A DNA stretch of 64,000 nt, taken from the NCBI RefSeq assembly GCF_001194135.2, contig NC_068981.1:173522036-173586035 (forward strand). The letters are read 5' to 3'. Position 1 is the stretch's first letter. Each line of letters begins with the position of its first letter. A program made the position numbers and the translations under genes. The notes under the pieces were generated by a model. That model ran no database searches. It saw only the letters and a program-made list of their open reading frames with translations, and had not been told where the DNA came from. This DNA comes from Octopus bimaculoides (lineage: Eukaryota). Below are positions 12,852 through 26,342 of this stretch, piece by piece.

Positions 12852-13022
12852 ACACTCTCTGAGTGGTTGGCGTTAGGAAGGGCATCCAACTGTAGAAACT
12901 CTGCCAAATTTAGATTGGAGCCTGGTGCTGCCATCCGGCTTCACCAGTCCTCAGTCAAATCGTCCAACCCATGCTAGCATGGAAAGCGGACGTTAAACGA
13001 TGATGATGATGATGATGATGAT
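12852..13022 (+). mobile_element. Young 5'-truncated RTE 3' end
   Basis: GAGTGGTTGGCGTTAGGAAGGGCATCC...CATGGAAAGCGGACGTTAAACGATGATGAT, near-identical to 9416-9600 (reverse complement). Confidence 0.85.
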
Positions 13023-13509
13023 AGACTGAGGTTTAAAGAATAACATATCTGTGTCTATTGTGTTTGTGTCTAGTAAAAAGAACACACCTTTATTTATTTA
13101 TAGATAAGGCTGTTGATGCATATATGTTTAAAATCTTTAAAGATCATTTGTACATTAATGACCTACTTGCTATTATTTCTTACTGCATACATTCCTATAT
13201 AGCTCATATCATGCTTTATGTCTCTTTAACTTTGCACATATAGTATGATACATAAGTAACTTAGATACCACATGCCAAACATGCATTGCATTTCTAAGCA
13301 AAACATGTCTGAAAACATATTTTAATTAAAACATGACAATGAAATCTTATTCAACAATACTAAGACAAAATCAATTCATATATCAAAAAGATATTCTTTG
13401 CATATGAGCAGAAATATAACTAATGCCTTCACAGTCATTACAAATATTAAATTTTATATTCTCTGATTATTTCTTATGATGGCCTTACATACATGATATT
13501 GTTACAATT

Positions 13510-13660
13510 GCATCCGAGGGTCAGAATATAATTCTCAGCTCTAATAAATTGCTGACACTTTACAAAGCTCAGGTGCAACCCAATTTTGAGAAACATTGAT
13601 ATCTTTAAGACAGTGTACACAAAAACTTTCGAGACAACATTCAAAAGAAGGTCACCCAGG
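13510..13660 (+). mobile_element. Decayed CR1/Jockey-group LINE RT fragment
   Basis: Reads KLLTLYKAQVQPNFEKH*YL*DSVHKNFRDNIQKKVT, resembling the LL.LYKAQIRP.LEY...LD.IQK.A.R segment of these ORF2s. Confidence 0.5.
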
Positions 13661-13664
13661 AAAA

Positions 13665-13950
13665 TACTACTACTAGGACTGCTTCTTCAGGAAGCCTTTG
13701 AAGAAAAGGTGTTGCATATCTAGACATGCTCTTATATATTTAAATGATAAACTTCTGGAAAGTTTTACAGATTTTTACAGTTCCAGTGATGGCTTGGATC
13801 TGTAACCTTCGAATCAGCTTTCTCCTTTCTGGTGTTTAGAAGACTAATTTCTCAAGATTGCTATAGCCTAGTTGTGTTTATCTGCATCAGTGTCTCCATA
13901 TCAGCTCACCTGGATTTCTCTAATAGCCACTCTTTAACTCGTGGACCTAG
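13665..13950 (-). mobile_element. 3' end of an RLE-type (R4/Dong/NeSL-like) non-LTR element (tentative)
   Basis: Minus strand ...LEKLVF*TPERRKLIRRLQIQAITGTVKICKTFQKFII*, resembling the L..LG....I..LQ..A..GT..I...F end of RLE ORFs; short (TAG)n tail near 13665. Confidence 0.45.
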
Positions 13951-14056
13951 TCCTTGATAAAGACTTTAGAATTTAAGTTTGAATTTTTGAGCACTATGTG
14001 TTTTCTATACTGAGCCTCTCTCTAGATCTCACCTGTTGACTGTATACATATACACA

Positions 14057-14156
<100 letters not shown>

Positions 14157-14409
14157 GACATATAAACACACACACACATATATGTAAATACATATATACA
14201 TAAACATATCCATTTCTGTTATATATATGTGATGAATAAAGTGGCAAGAAAACTGAAGATAGATGGAAAAATAACACAAGCGAACATGAACACACTTCAC
14301 CCTCATCAATAGTCAACCAAATACCATAGCAAATTCAACACCTTCAAACAATGTCCAATTTGGGGGTGTTAGTAATGTGGAAACAACTGAGACATAAAGG
14401 AGCACACAT

Positions 14410-14459
<50 letters not shown>

Positions 14460-14776
14460 NNNNNNNNNNNNNNNNNNNNNNNNNNNNNNNNNNNNNNNNN
14501 NNNNNNNNNNNNNNNNNNNNNNNNNNNNNNNNNNNNNNNNNNNNNNNNNNNNNNNNNNNNNNNNNNNNNNNNNNNNNNNNNNNNNNNNNNNNNNNNNNNN
14601 NNNNNNNNNNNNNNNNNNNNNNNNNNNNNNNNNNNNNNNNNNNNNNNNNNNNNNNNNNNNNNNNNNNNNNNNNNNNNNNNNNNNNNNNNNNNNNNNNNNN
14701 NNNNNNNNNNNNNNNNNNNNNNNNNNNNNNNNNNNNNNNNNNNNNNNNNNNNNNNNNNNNNNNNNNNNNNNNNNNN

Positions 14777-14830
<54 letters not shown>

Positions 14831-15619
14831 TTATAACAAAATGTGCCCAACTTTTCTCATCAGCAAGATTTTGAAATTAAATCAAGGTACTTACATAAAT
14901 TTTGACATTTTTTATGAAATGATTTTGTCCCTTTATTCTTCCTAACTCAGCTCCTTACAATCAATTTTTTGTTGTGGGATATCTGTAGCATTGATACAAG
15001 CAATAGCATGCTGATTTTCAGCTTTCTTATTCTCACTGGTTCCCACATCAGCCAGTCATGAAAAGACAAACTAAGATTCTAATGCTCACTTGTTCTTCAA
15101 TGAAAGAAAAAATTCAGTTTTTTTTTTCCTGCTTTCAATGGCTGCTACTCTGTGTTTGTTGTAGTTTTTGAGCTAACACTGACCCCAACTAAGTATTAAA
15201 AAAAAGAGAGAGAGAGGGAAAAAAAAACAACTCGTCCAAGAAAAACCAGTGTCTTAACTCTTTCGAAGTCAAGAAATAAAATGGCCTAGAAATACACTTG
15301 GTTTTCTTTGTCTCATATGTGAAAATATAAACGTATCCAATTACATATTAACATTCTATTTTTGTATCCATTTGTGAACTACGATAAATAAATGAATATC
15401 TACAACAGTTAGATGACGGCTTTGTATTTTGACAATGATCAGCTGTTGTTTATGAACTTTCTAACAGCTGGCATTATATGAAATATTTATTGAAAAAAAT
15501 AAAACATTAAAAATGTACAAAATAAAGACAAATAAAGCAATAATATGTATAGTCTGTTTATGTTTGTGTGTGCATGTGTAATTTTTATGTTCATTTCTCC
15601 ATGTTTTTATGAGGTGGGC

Positions 15620-16050
15620 ATATCTTCTCCTCCACAACCTCCCACTATTTGTCATGGGCAGACAACGACTCCTTCAGGTTTAGTGTCCTGATTTGAGTCT
15701 TTGCCATTTCTGTCCATGTCTTCCTTGCCTCCTACTTTTTTCTTTTCAGCAAGTTCCTTCCATTTGGATCATTTGTCACTTCTTTTTATAGCTGACATCC
15801 TCCATGTACATCACAGATTTATACCAGTGCAGTTACTTGCACACTATATACAATGTCTTTTATACTGTTTTATTCCCAACTCATTCCAGCATTCATACAC
15901 ACTAATACTACACATCCAACAGAGCATGCTCACCTCATTTTTTTTTTAGCCTACACAGATCCTCTACATTCAATATCCACGTTTTGATTCTATGCAACAT
16001 TGCCTGTTGTACACGTTTTACATACACATTTTCCACCTGATTTTTACATT
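15620..16050 (-). mobile_element. Old decayed RTE LINE RT C-terminal fragment
   Basis: Minus strand VSMLCWMCSIS (15904-15934) and ARKTWTEMAK (15701-15730) parallel ASMLRWMCNVN and the PRKTW motif of RTE. Confidence 0.6.
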
Positions 16051-16175
16051 GGCTGCTATGCTTTCAGAGTACCTACCTTCACTGCTACTTAGGTCATCAA
16101 GGTAAGAGAAGCTATGAACTATTTCTATGGAGCCTTCTGACCATTTGTAAGAATATATTTCCTTGAATGCTTTCA

Positions 16176-16761
16176 CTCTTTTACACCTTTACTCTTTTAC
16201 TTGTTTCAGTCATTTGACTGCGGCCATGCTGGAGCACCGCCTTTTAGTCAAGCAAATCGACCCCAGAACTTATTCTTTTTGTAAGCCTAGTACTTATTCT
16301 ATCGGTCTCTTTTGCCGAACCGCTAAGTTACAGGGACGTAAACACACCACCATCGGTTGTCAAGCGATGCTGGGGGGGGGGACAAACACAGACACACAAA
16401 CATATACACACACATACATACATATATATATACATATATATGACGAGCTTCTTTCAGTTTCCGTCTACCAANNNNNNNNNNCCGCTAAGTTACAGGGACG
16501 TAAACACACCACCATCGGTTGTCAAGCGATGCTGGGGGGGGGGACAAACACAGACACACAAACATATACACACACATACATACATATATATATACATATA
16601 TATGACGAGCTTCTTTCAGTTTCCGTCTACCAAATCCACTCACAAGGCTTTGGTTGGCCCGAGGCTATAGTGGAAGACATTTGCCCAAGGTGCCACGCAG
16701 TGTGAATGAACCCGGAACCATGTGGTTGGTAAGCAAGCTACTTACCACACAGCCACTCCTG
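16176..16761 (-). mobile_element. SINE family A, full length; internal ~150 bp duplication is an assembly overlap across the 10-N join at 16472-16481
   Basis: Head ...CACAGCCACTCCTG, internal microsatellite, (CTCTTTTA)n tail; 16320-16471 repeated at 16482-16633. Confidence 0.85.
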
Positions 16762-16976
16762 TTGTACATTTACCACATATGAAGTCTTTCTTTTTTGTGA
16801 GCCTGCCTATTATTTCACTTTTCTTCCTGAGCACCCACGAAGCATACCATATGGAATTCGCATCTGCTCCTTTTTTGCATATCGAGTATGACCATAAACC
16901 AGCAGAGTCTTGTTCCCTTTCTTGCTAAATTTTCTTTTTTTGTTTTGTTTTGCCTAAGTATATTTTAAGCCCTAGC

Positions 16977-17197
16977 ACTTTAGCATTTAGATTCTTCTGT
17001 CAAATATATGCCTATTTAATCAGATTATTTCGAATTAATCATGCATTATCTCATAGCTTTGAGATTTTGATGATGTGGCTTTGTTTTTAGGATGACATTA
17101 TAGGGTAGTTGTAAAAGGCTTGACCAATTCAGTTTGAATGATAAAACAGGTAGAATGTTTTGGCCAAATACGACCAGTTTAAATGCTAAAGGATTAA
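16977..17197 (-). mobile_element. piggyBac-like MITE
   Basis: Ends CTTTAGCATTTAGA... and ...TAAATGCTAAAGGA|TTAA; interior is the reverse complement of 34961-35166. Confidence 0.65.
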
Positions 17198-17408
17198 GCT
17201 TAATATGCACACACTACACTGGTATGGAGATTTTAGGCATTACACACACACACACACACACATGGGCAAAGTTTTCTATGGTCAAATGCCCTTCTTGACA
17301 GCAGCAATCCATTTCTGCTTCCAGACAAGATAATAATCCCCCAGTTTATTGAATAAAATGCCCAGACATGGTTATACAGGAAACTACACACACACACATT
17401 TCTATTTA

Positions 17409-17590
17409 TATCATCATCACAATTATCTAATGTCCCCTTTCCCTGCTTGCATGGGTCAGACAAAATTTGTTGAGCAGATTTTCTACAGCCAGATGTCCTT
17501 CCTGTTGCCAATCTTCACCTGTTTCCAAATAAGGTGGCATTCCCGATGACCAGGCATGTTTTTATGGCATACTGGAAATGACAGACACTT
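17409..17590 (-). mobile_element. Repeat with RTE-like (GAT)n tail, second subfamily (similar copies at approx 12250-12430, 17760-17930, 57950-58200, all +)
   Basis: Shared CTTG.TTGGAAACA.GTGA..GTTGGCAACAGGAAG.GCATC.GGC.GTAGAAAAT...GCATGGAAAAG...GATGAT. Confidence 0.6.
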
Positions 17591-17994
17591 CTTTTGTGTG
17601 TGTGTGTGTGTGTTGTGTGTGTGTGCGCATGCATGTGTGTGTGTGTGATTGTGAAAGAGAGAGAGAGAGAGAGAGAGATTGTATATTCCCTGTCTTGATA
17701 TATGTAAGCTGATTTTAAACAGAGTCATTCTTCATACAAACAGTCTTGCTATTTTATAATGCTTTGTGAAAGCATGTCCAGACTAGGAGAAATATTATCT
17801 TGCTTGGAAGCATGTGAAAGCTGGAAATATGAAGAGCATCTGGCCATAGAAAAGTCTACCTCAAGAAAGTCTCTCTCATCTGACCTATGCAAGCATGGAA
17901 AAGTGGTTGTTGAAATGAGGATGATATTTAGCTCAGCATTCTGTATCACTGTTTCAGTTTTCCTGGCATTATAGATTGAAAGATCATAATTCAT

Positions 17995-18031
<37 letters not shown>

Positions 18032-18084
18032 GTACTATTGTTTTGCCTTATGTTAGCCTTGACTGGTGCTGGTGCCATGTCTTC

Positions 18085-18490
18085 ATCATCATTGTTAATA
18101 ACATTTAATGTCTGTTTTCCATGCTGGCATGGGTTGGATGGCTTGACAAGAACTGGCAAGATCAGGGTTCACACCATGCTCTGTAGTCTGTTTTGGCTTG
18201 ATTTCTACAGCTGGATGTCCTTCTTAATACTTACCACTCTACAGAGTGTACTAGGTACTTTTTACAAGGCACCATCACCAGCACCAGTGCTTTTTACATG
18301 GCACTAACACCAGTCTATGATCAAAATATTTCAGTTGTAACTATCCTGTCATTTTTTTTTTTATTTTCCAGGTATATATTCTAAACAACACTGTCTGATA
18401 TAACTTTGTCATTTTTAAGATAGCTGTATGTGATTTGAGGGATATTTGGCTATTGTTTCTAGTAGATTAGGTGACTGTCATAAGGTTTTT
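18085..18490 (-). mobile_element. Old RTE 3' end (18085-18310) followed by family C SINE remnant (18310-18490)
   Basis: TTTCCATGCTGGCATGGGTTGG...CTACAGCTGGATGTCCTTC; then GGGATATTTGGCTATTGTTTCTAGTAG. Confidence 0.6.
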
Positions 18491-18883
18491 ATTGACTCGA
18501 AAATAAGAGAGTTATGTCGTATTTCTATAGGTCTGACCAATAGCAAATTCTGCTCCTTACAGCTCAGCAATGGTTATTTCAAATATATAAATATTTAATT
18601 TTGTAAAATACTATGAAGCTAGGAGAAATCATAATATGTTTAGCCTTCATGTTCGACTCTTCACTAAAGACGTAAAATAACATTAAAAAAATGAAACAAA
18701 AACAAACTAGACATTCCAAAACATGTATTCTAACTGTTTTGCTAATTCATATCACCAATTGCTACTTTCCATCCTTTTAATTTTATCTTTATTGTCTTTT
18801 TTTATTCTATTTAAATGGAATACAGTAATACCACATGCTCCACTCACACTACACCCATCATAAACTATCTCCCTAAAATCACT

Positions 18884-19121
18884 CTCTTTTACTCTTTTAC
18901 TTGTTTCAGTCATTTGACTGCAGCCATGCTGGAGCACCGCCTTTAGTCGAGCAAATCGACCCCAGGACTTATTCTTTGTAAGCCTAGTACTTATTCTATT
19001 GGTCTCTTTTGCCGAACCGCTAAGTTACGGAGACGTAAACACACCAGCATCGGTTGTCAAGCGATGTTGGGGGGACAAACACAGACACACAAACACATAC
19101 ACACACATACATATATATATA

Positions 19122-19165
<44 letters not shown>

Positions 19166-19327
19166 ACAGGCTTCTTTCAGTTTCCGTCTACCAAATCCAC
19201 TCACAAGGTTTTGGTCGGCCTGACGCTATAGCAGAAGACACTTACCCAAGGTGCTACACAGTGGGACTGAACCCAGAACAATGCGGTTGGTAAGCAAGCT
19301 ACTTACCACACAGCCACTCCTGTGCCT
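18884..19327 (-). mobile_element. SINE family A, full length
   Basis: Complete head, CORE-like block, internal (TG)n, GCTCCAGCATGGC.GCAGTCAAATGACTGAAACAAG and (GTAAAAGA)n tail. Confidence 0.9.
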
Positions 19328-19469
19328 ATAACATCCCTAACATCTAACAAAAATAGATATATACATTAGATAATGTTGTTCTTAATATATGAAGTTTGAA
19401 AAAGAATGAGATGGCCAAGTCTGGACTGTCTTTGATCATAAGTGTGCTTAATCAGGATTGATCTTGGGC

Positions 19470-20480
19470 TGAATAACAACAATGACAACAACTTACACAT
19501 ACTGTAGTACACAGAGTAACAAAAACAATTAAAATCATATCCAGAAAACATATCCGCAAGACAACATAAATATAATACAATGCCAATTGTGCATCAGAAA
19601 TAACTAACTTGAGGAAAAACCAGGGCAACTTCAAACACATGTTAAGACATATAACACAAATATAACATAGTATCAAATAATTAAACAAAGACAATAACCC
19701 ATAGAAGAAAATCTATCCAACATAAACCTCAAAACAAACATTAAAACACTATATAATAATTAGCAACATCAACAACAACACCATACTTTATTATTTGTCA
19801 CAATAACAACCACAAAAATGTATCTACACTTTAATATGTAGCAAACATCTTAATTGACATTTCTGGAAAAAACTAGTCACAAAAATCTACACGAAAAAGA
19901 TAGGAACCTAAAACGAAAAATATGCATTCCTACCTAGGCCATGGTTTGACCACTTTCTTCCTCCTAAGCACTTGGAATGCAATTGGGATATTTAAAAACT
20001 TAAAAGCCCCAAGATCATGCCAAATCACAAACTACATCTAAAATATTTAACATCTAAAGGAATCATTGTACTCACCAACATCTATGACTACTTGTATCAA
20101 CAGTCAAAATTCCCAGAATATGGAAACTGGATAAAATAATCATAGCAATTCTAAAAGCCAGCTAAATAAAACATAAGTAAAGTAATCAAAGAAATACCTC
20201 AAAAATTTTAGGTTTTTTCTTGTTATTGCTAAATCAGTCATATTCCTTGTCAAATCATAACACTTAACTACCATGACTTACGAACAGAGGATATATGATG
20301 GCTCCAACAACAGAAAAAAACTACTTTCCACATGTACCATTCTAACTACCATTGATATCAGCAACGCTTTTGCTTCCGTTCCCTGCTACTTGTTCACTTA
20401 TACACAAAATATTCAAAACCTTCCAGCAAACTACCTGTCAGGGTGCCAAGCCTATGCAGTGTACAATAACAATACTTCCA
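19470..20480 (+). mobile_element. Decayed Jockey/I-like LINE: A-rich linker and N-terminal RT motifs
   Basis: KSPKIMPNHKLHLKYLTSKGIIVLTNIYDYLYQQSKFPEYGNWIKIIIAILK (from 20002) resembles KAPGPD.I....LK.L...LT.I.N....FP..WK...II.ILKP; TILTTIDISNAFASVP (20339-20383) resembles the .DISKAFD.V RT motif; stops and frameshifts. Confidence 0.7.
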
Positions 20481-21900
20481 TAACTTGCAATTTTCTGAAC
20501 AGAGTAGCGAGGAAGTTTTCAATAGGAGGAGTTGAGCTTAGAGCTAGCTGACAATACACACAGTTATTACACCAGGAACATTGTCGTATTTAGATCAGTA
20601 CAAAACTTCCTAGCTGAATTACTGATTCCATTATGTGCAGTCAATTTAATTTTATGAATTTTCAGTCTGGTCCTTTCCTAAGTATTTACTCTTCATTTAA
20701 TGCAGACTAATAGACTCTATTTTCATTTGATAAATGTTTAGTTATTTCTAATTTTGTTATATCTCTCCCAAGAAATATCTTTTCATATTTCTCAAGCCTG
20801 GTTTCTCATTTTCATTATCAACCAGAATTACTTTGGAGATTGTGCAGTTTTGGGTAGCCAATGCTGTGAGAAAATTTCTATTCAGAGAGGCAAGTAGTGT
20901 TGATGTTTCTCAAGATAATAATAGTATTTGAATGTGAAACAAAAATGATATAGTATTTCAGATTGTGAAACTTATATTTTGTAAAAAACAGCATCTATAA
21001 CATCAGCTGAGAACCCAATCAGTAAATCTAGTGTTGAGTTTAGACCAATGTGTCTGCTATGAAGGAAAATAAGTTTAAATCTCACTTTAATTCACTACTA
21101 TTTCAATTATTGGTTCATGATAGAGTAGGTAAAAGTATTGAAATTTTGTATTCAATGTAACTTTGTGGTTCTGTCTGAACAGATATACAAGCCAAATAAG
21201 AAAACTGGGATGAACACATTGATACTTTTCTTTTAAATCTTGGAAACTTTGATGTTAACAATACAAATTTCTTTTCCTTTCACATATACGATTTCATATA
21301 TTGGCACTAAGACATATTTGGGGAGTGGAATAATTGATGGAATAAATTCCAGTACATTACTGGTACAGTCTGGATCACTTATCAGACTTCCAGGTATCTA
21401 GGATTACTGTGCAATATTCTGCAATATATTGTACCCTGTATTGAGTAAACAGACGCTGATTTTGAAGCTGGTTGCATATGGTGTGTTAAAATGAGTCTTG
21501 TTCTCCACTTTTTTATGCGGATTGGTAAGAAGTAAATATACTCTGCTTTATAAGTGTATTAATTTGTATCTCTATTTGTTAAACAAAATCATGTTCTTTA
21601 CTTTTCATCATTTAATTTTCATCCTATGAACATTGAATGATAGACATAGTACAGTAATGTATGTTTTAAGAATTTTGAGTGCATTAGTAAATTTCAAACT
21701 GCCTCTGCTTTAGAAGTGTATTAATTTAGATCTGTTAAATACAGGTTAGTTCTATATTTAACATAGTTTATTTTATATTCTAAGTATATATTTAAGCTGT
21801 CTCCAGAAAACCAGAAAACCAGAAATCCAGGACACTTCTAGTCCCAAGCTTGCCAGATATTTGGTCTGACACTGTACTAATTTTATCAATCCTTGATAAA

Positions 21901-22252
21901 ATGTCTTCTCCTATGGCCTCTGGTTAACCAAAGCCTTGTGAGTAGATTTAGTAGATGGAAACTGAAAGAAGGCCGATGTGTGTGTGTGTATATATATATA
22001 TAGTGTGGTCGATGCCAGTACCGTCTGACTGGCCCTCACGCTGGTGGCACATAAAAAGCACCCACTACACTCTTAGAGTGCTTGGCGTTAGGAAGGGCAT
22101 CCAGCTGTAGAAACATTGCCAGATAAGACTGAGACTGATAGAATAAGTAGTAGACTTTAAAAAAATAAGTCCTGGGGTCGATTTGTTCAACTAAAACCTT
22201 TCACGGCAGTGCTCCAGCATGACCACAGTGAAATGACTGAAACAAGTAAGAG
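21901..22252 (+). mobile_element. Chimera: SINE A middle (21901-21990) + RTE 3' UTR piece (22000-22126) + SINE A tail (22127-22252)
   Basis: Three consecutive same-strand segments each match the respective family elsewhere in the window. Confidence 0.7.
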
Positions 22253-22284
22253 AAAAAAAATAAATGTTTCAATAAATTGTTTGT

Positions 22285-22490
22285 GCAAGATGGCGAGCTA
22301 GCAGAAACGTTAGCATGCTGGACGAAATGCTTAGCGGTATTTCATCTGTCTTTACGTTCTGAGTTCAAATTCCACCGAGGTCGACTTTGCCGTTCATCCT
22401 TTCGGGGTTGATAAATTAAGTACTGGGGGTCAATCTAATTGACTGGCTCCCTCCCCCAAAATTTCAGGCCTTGTGCCTAGAGTAGAAAAG
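22285..22490 (+). mobile_element. SINE family B, young full-length copy with perfect 14 bp TSD
   Basis: AATAAATTGTTTGT at 22271-22284 and 22491-22504; B-box-like GAGTTCAAATTCC. Confidence 0.92.
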
Positions 22491-23165
22491 AATAAATTGT
22501 TTGTACATATTTTCACATGTATTTTATTTGATTTTCCATTTTAGTATTGGTTTTAATGGGTTTTAAAATTTTCATGCCATTAAATATGTTTGCTGCGAGT
22601 GACATAAAGTTGGAAAATCAACAGAGCTTGAGGTTTATTTTTCCCATTAATTTCTTTAATAAAACAATGCAAATTTGAAAATGACATCATGGAAAAGGAC
22701 ATAAATTGAGGTATGTCTATATTTTGTGTATATTTCTATCAGTTGACAATTTAAATCTGACAAAAATGGGAACAAAAAGAAACTTTTTCAAATTCAGCAA
22801 TGAATTTTGTATGAGTTTTACTTTTCAGGATCTTTTAGCGCTTCAAACTGAGAAACCTAAGCTTTTTATCCAACTTTTTGTATTTTCTTCAAAAGATTTG
22901 ATGACTACAATTAAAAATCAGCAGAACGTCTTCCAATAAAATAATTTGCTAAGCAAATAGGAAAACTAATATAAGCATACAAAAGAAAATAAACAATGTC
23001 TGATCGATACAAAAGGATTGATTGATGTTTTTCTTTGTCAAAAGGGTTAGCTTTCTGCTTTGTTTCCTTGGAATTGCCAACATCTTTGTTACTTCTGTGT
23101 ACTGAACAAAGAACTATTTTTTTTGAGAATTAAGAATACTTAGAACAAATATATGTGCATGTATT

Positions 23166-23220
<55 letters not shown>

Positions 23221-23619
23221 NNNNNNNNNNNNNNNNNNNNNNNNNNNNNNNNNNNNNNNNNNNNNNNNNNNNNNNNNNNNNNNNNNNNNNNNNNNNNNNN
23301 NNNNNNNNNNNNNNNNNNNNNNNNNNNNNNNNNNNNNNNNNNNNNNNNNNNNNNNNNNNNNNNNNNNNNNNNNNNNNNNNNNNNNNNNNNNNNNNNNNNN
23401 NNNNNNNNNNNNNNNNNNNNNNNNNNNNNNNNNNNNNNNNNNNNNNNNNNNNNNNNNNNNNNNNNNNNNNNNNNNNNNNNNNNNNNNNNNNNNNNNNNNN
23501 NNNNNNNNNNNNNNNNNNNNNNNNNNNNNNNNNNNNNNNNNNNNNNNNNNNNNNNNNNNNNNNNNNNNNNNNNNNNNNNNNNNNNNCACACACATACATA
23601 CATACATACATACATACAT

Positions 23620-24001
23620 TGGCTTGTGCGGGTGGCACATAAAAGACACCATTTCGAGCGTGGCCGTTTTCGTGCGGGTGACACGTAAAAGCACCCACTA
23701 CACTCTCTGAGTGGTTGGCGTTAGGAAGGGCATCCAGCTGTAGAAACTCTGCCAAATTAGATTGGAGCCTGGTGTTGCCATCCGGTTTCACCAGTCCTCA
23801 GTCAAATCGTCCAACCCATGCTAGCATGGAAAGCGGACGTTAAACAATGATGATGATGATGATGATGATATATATACACGATGGGCTTCTTTCAGTTTCC
23901 GTCTACCGAATCCACACACAAGGCTTTGGTCGGCTATAGTAGAAGACACTTGCCCACGTGGTTCATAAGCAAGCTACTTACCACACAGCCACTCCTATGC
24001 C
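23620..24001. mobile_element. Young RTE 3' end (+, 23620-23870) abutting a SINE A 5' fragment (-, 23879-24001)
   Basis: Matches to the respective families; (GAT)n tail at 23847-23869. Confidence 0.8.
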
Positions 24002-24319
24002 TATATATACCAATTGTGAATATATTGTATTTATGATATCATTATTATTAATATTAATAGCTATATTCATAATGTATTTCCTATATTGCAATGGAACACA
24101 TATGACATGGAATTGACAATATATCAAACTTTTCAGTCTTTGTTCTGATATATACTTACTCTGCAAATATGCTTCATGAGAACTTTCACCTGCTATTTAT
24201 GCTTCATTTAAAATAAAACATTGATATACATACATTTGATTACTGGAATGTGCGGACATGTTTCATGAAGACCCAGACTGGATTTTAATCCCTTTTTTAC
24301 ATTATACATACATATACAT

Positions 24320-24730
24320 CGTCTCCTTCATTAGACACAGAAACTCGGCTTGTGAAGACCTGTTGAGGCAAGCAAAATCGTGATGGCACCTGTGCCCTGG
24401 CATTTGTGCCCGCAGCATGTGTAAGGACTTTCGAGCGAGATCGTTGCCAGTGCCACTGGACTGGCTCCTGTGCAGGTGGCACGTAAAAGAAACCATTTTG
24501 AGTGTGGCCATTGCCAGTACCGCCTGACTGGCCTTCGTGCCGGTGGCACGTAAAAGCACCCACTACACTCTCGGAGTGGTTGGCGTTAGGAAGGGCATCC
24601 AGCTGTAGAAACTCTGCCAAATCAGATTGGAGCCTGGTGTTGCCATCTGGTTCACCAGTCCTCAGTTAAATCGTCCAACCTATGCTAGCATGGAAAGCAG
24701 ACGTTAAACGATGATGAGTGAATGATGAAT
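24320..24730 (+). mobile_element. RTE-type 3' end with several internal GGTGGCACGTAAAA modules
   Basis: Same terminal ~170 bp as 12852-13022, preceded by repeated modules. Confidence 0.8.
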
Positions 24731-24874
24731 ACATATTGCTGCTTTTAAACTTTGTTACATGCATATTTTCACAGGCCACTTGGTGCTCTTGCAGTAGCTA
24801 ACTGGCACTCTTGTGAAAGCCAATGACACTTTTGTGCAAACCGATTACCTTGTTTCCTTAATATTAGTAGTAAT

Positions 24875-25046
24875 CAAGGCAGCGAGCTGGCAGAAGCGTT
24901 AGCATGCCAAGCAAAATGCTTAGTGGTATTTCATCTGTCTTTACATTTAGAGTTCAAATTCCGCCAAGGTCGACTTTGCCTTTCATCCTTTTGGGGTCGA
25001 TAAATTAAGTACCAGTTGCATATTGGGGTTGATCTAATTGGCTTGT
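24875..25046 (+). mobile_element. SINE family B, 3'-shortened
   Basis: CAAGGCAGCGAGCTGGCAGAAGCGTTAGC...CCGCCAAGGTCGACTTTGCCTTTCATCC. Confidence 0.85.
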
Positions 25047-25331
25047 GAAACATGTGTATATGACATAAAGCTTAAAAATACCAATAGTGTTTGCTACGTT
25101 TCTATTATTGTATAACGTGTATAACTAGCCTATCCAGTGATATGATGGCTATTTTCAAACTATGTAAAGCATAAGACTGGAATGTGGAATATGGAACTGC
25201 CTACTGAACCCAACCTTTTTAGTAACATGTCAAGCCTTCAAGCATGACATGTTACTCTAACACACACACACATACATTTATAGATATGTATTTATGTATT
25301 TATGTGTTTGTGTGAGTATATGTGTGTGTCT

Positions 25332-25394
<63 letters not shown>

Positions 25395-26302
25395 TATACA
25401 AGCAAACAAATATAATTTCTTGACAAGTTGTTAATATGGTTGGTAATATGGTTTCCAAAGAAGAGGTTTTCAATGATATCACTCCGAAAATCCTATAATC
25501 AACTAGATGTATCCTGTATTGGATCAAAATGCTTATTGCAAGAACGTGTTTAGAGTATGGAAGTCGTACTTCCCTTTAGAGTTACTGGACACCTGATGGC
25601 ATGTAATATTAGCTTTCACTGATTGAATGATCAACTAGTCTAATGGGATTAAGATGGAAATCATATATGATTGTTAATGTTCTGCAAGCTAGAGCTGAAA
25701 GAGAAAGATTCTTTTATATAATTTTTAATACTGAGTGTTAAGCATTTGCTTTTTTTAAATGTTAGGTGTTTTTTAAACGTTAGGAGAATTTTATATTTTG
25801 TTTGTATGAGGAACAGTGTTCTCCAAATGGTAATGAAAGAAAAGACGGAGAAGATGAGCAAGAAAACAAGAAGTGAAGAACAGAATTAGAAAAAGAACAG
25901 AAAGCATTTGAAGGGAGAAATAGAAGTAGAAAGGGATTGGTAAATAAATTAATATGATGGAATGTATGTTTGTGTGCATACACATGCACACATATACACA
26001 CAAAGATATTTATATATAAGCATATACATTTATACATGCATACATACATATGTATATATATATCTATATTTACACACATGCACACACACACACACACACA
26101 CAGAAATATGCACATACACACAAATAGCTGCAAACATGGCTTTGTTATAAAGTCCACATCAATACTACATGGTAAAATGTTTGTTCCCAATGTGTGGATG
26201 CTGTTGGCCAGTGTCCTCTATTATAGCTGTAGGCTGACCAATAGCTTATGAGAGAAAATGATAGACAAAAACTAAAGAAGCCCATTGTTTATATCTACAT
26301 AT

Positions 26303-26342
<40 letters not shown>

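Noticed and set aside
16068-16101. Exon-like unit ending CAAG|GTAAGA
   Set aside because: Directly adjoins a decayed RTE remnant, the peptide is unrecognisable, and such matches are expected by chance
24320-24560. Regularly spaced GGTGGCACGTAAAA repeats resembling a CRISPR array
   Set aside because: The spacers are homologous to each other, the array is part of a retroelement UTR, there are no cas genes, and the context is eukaryotic
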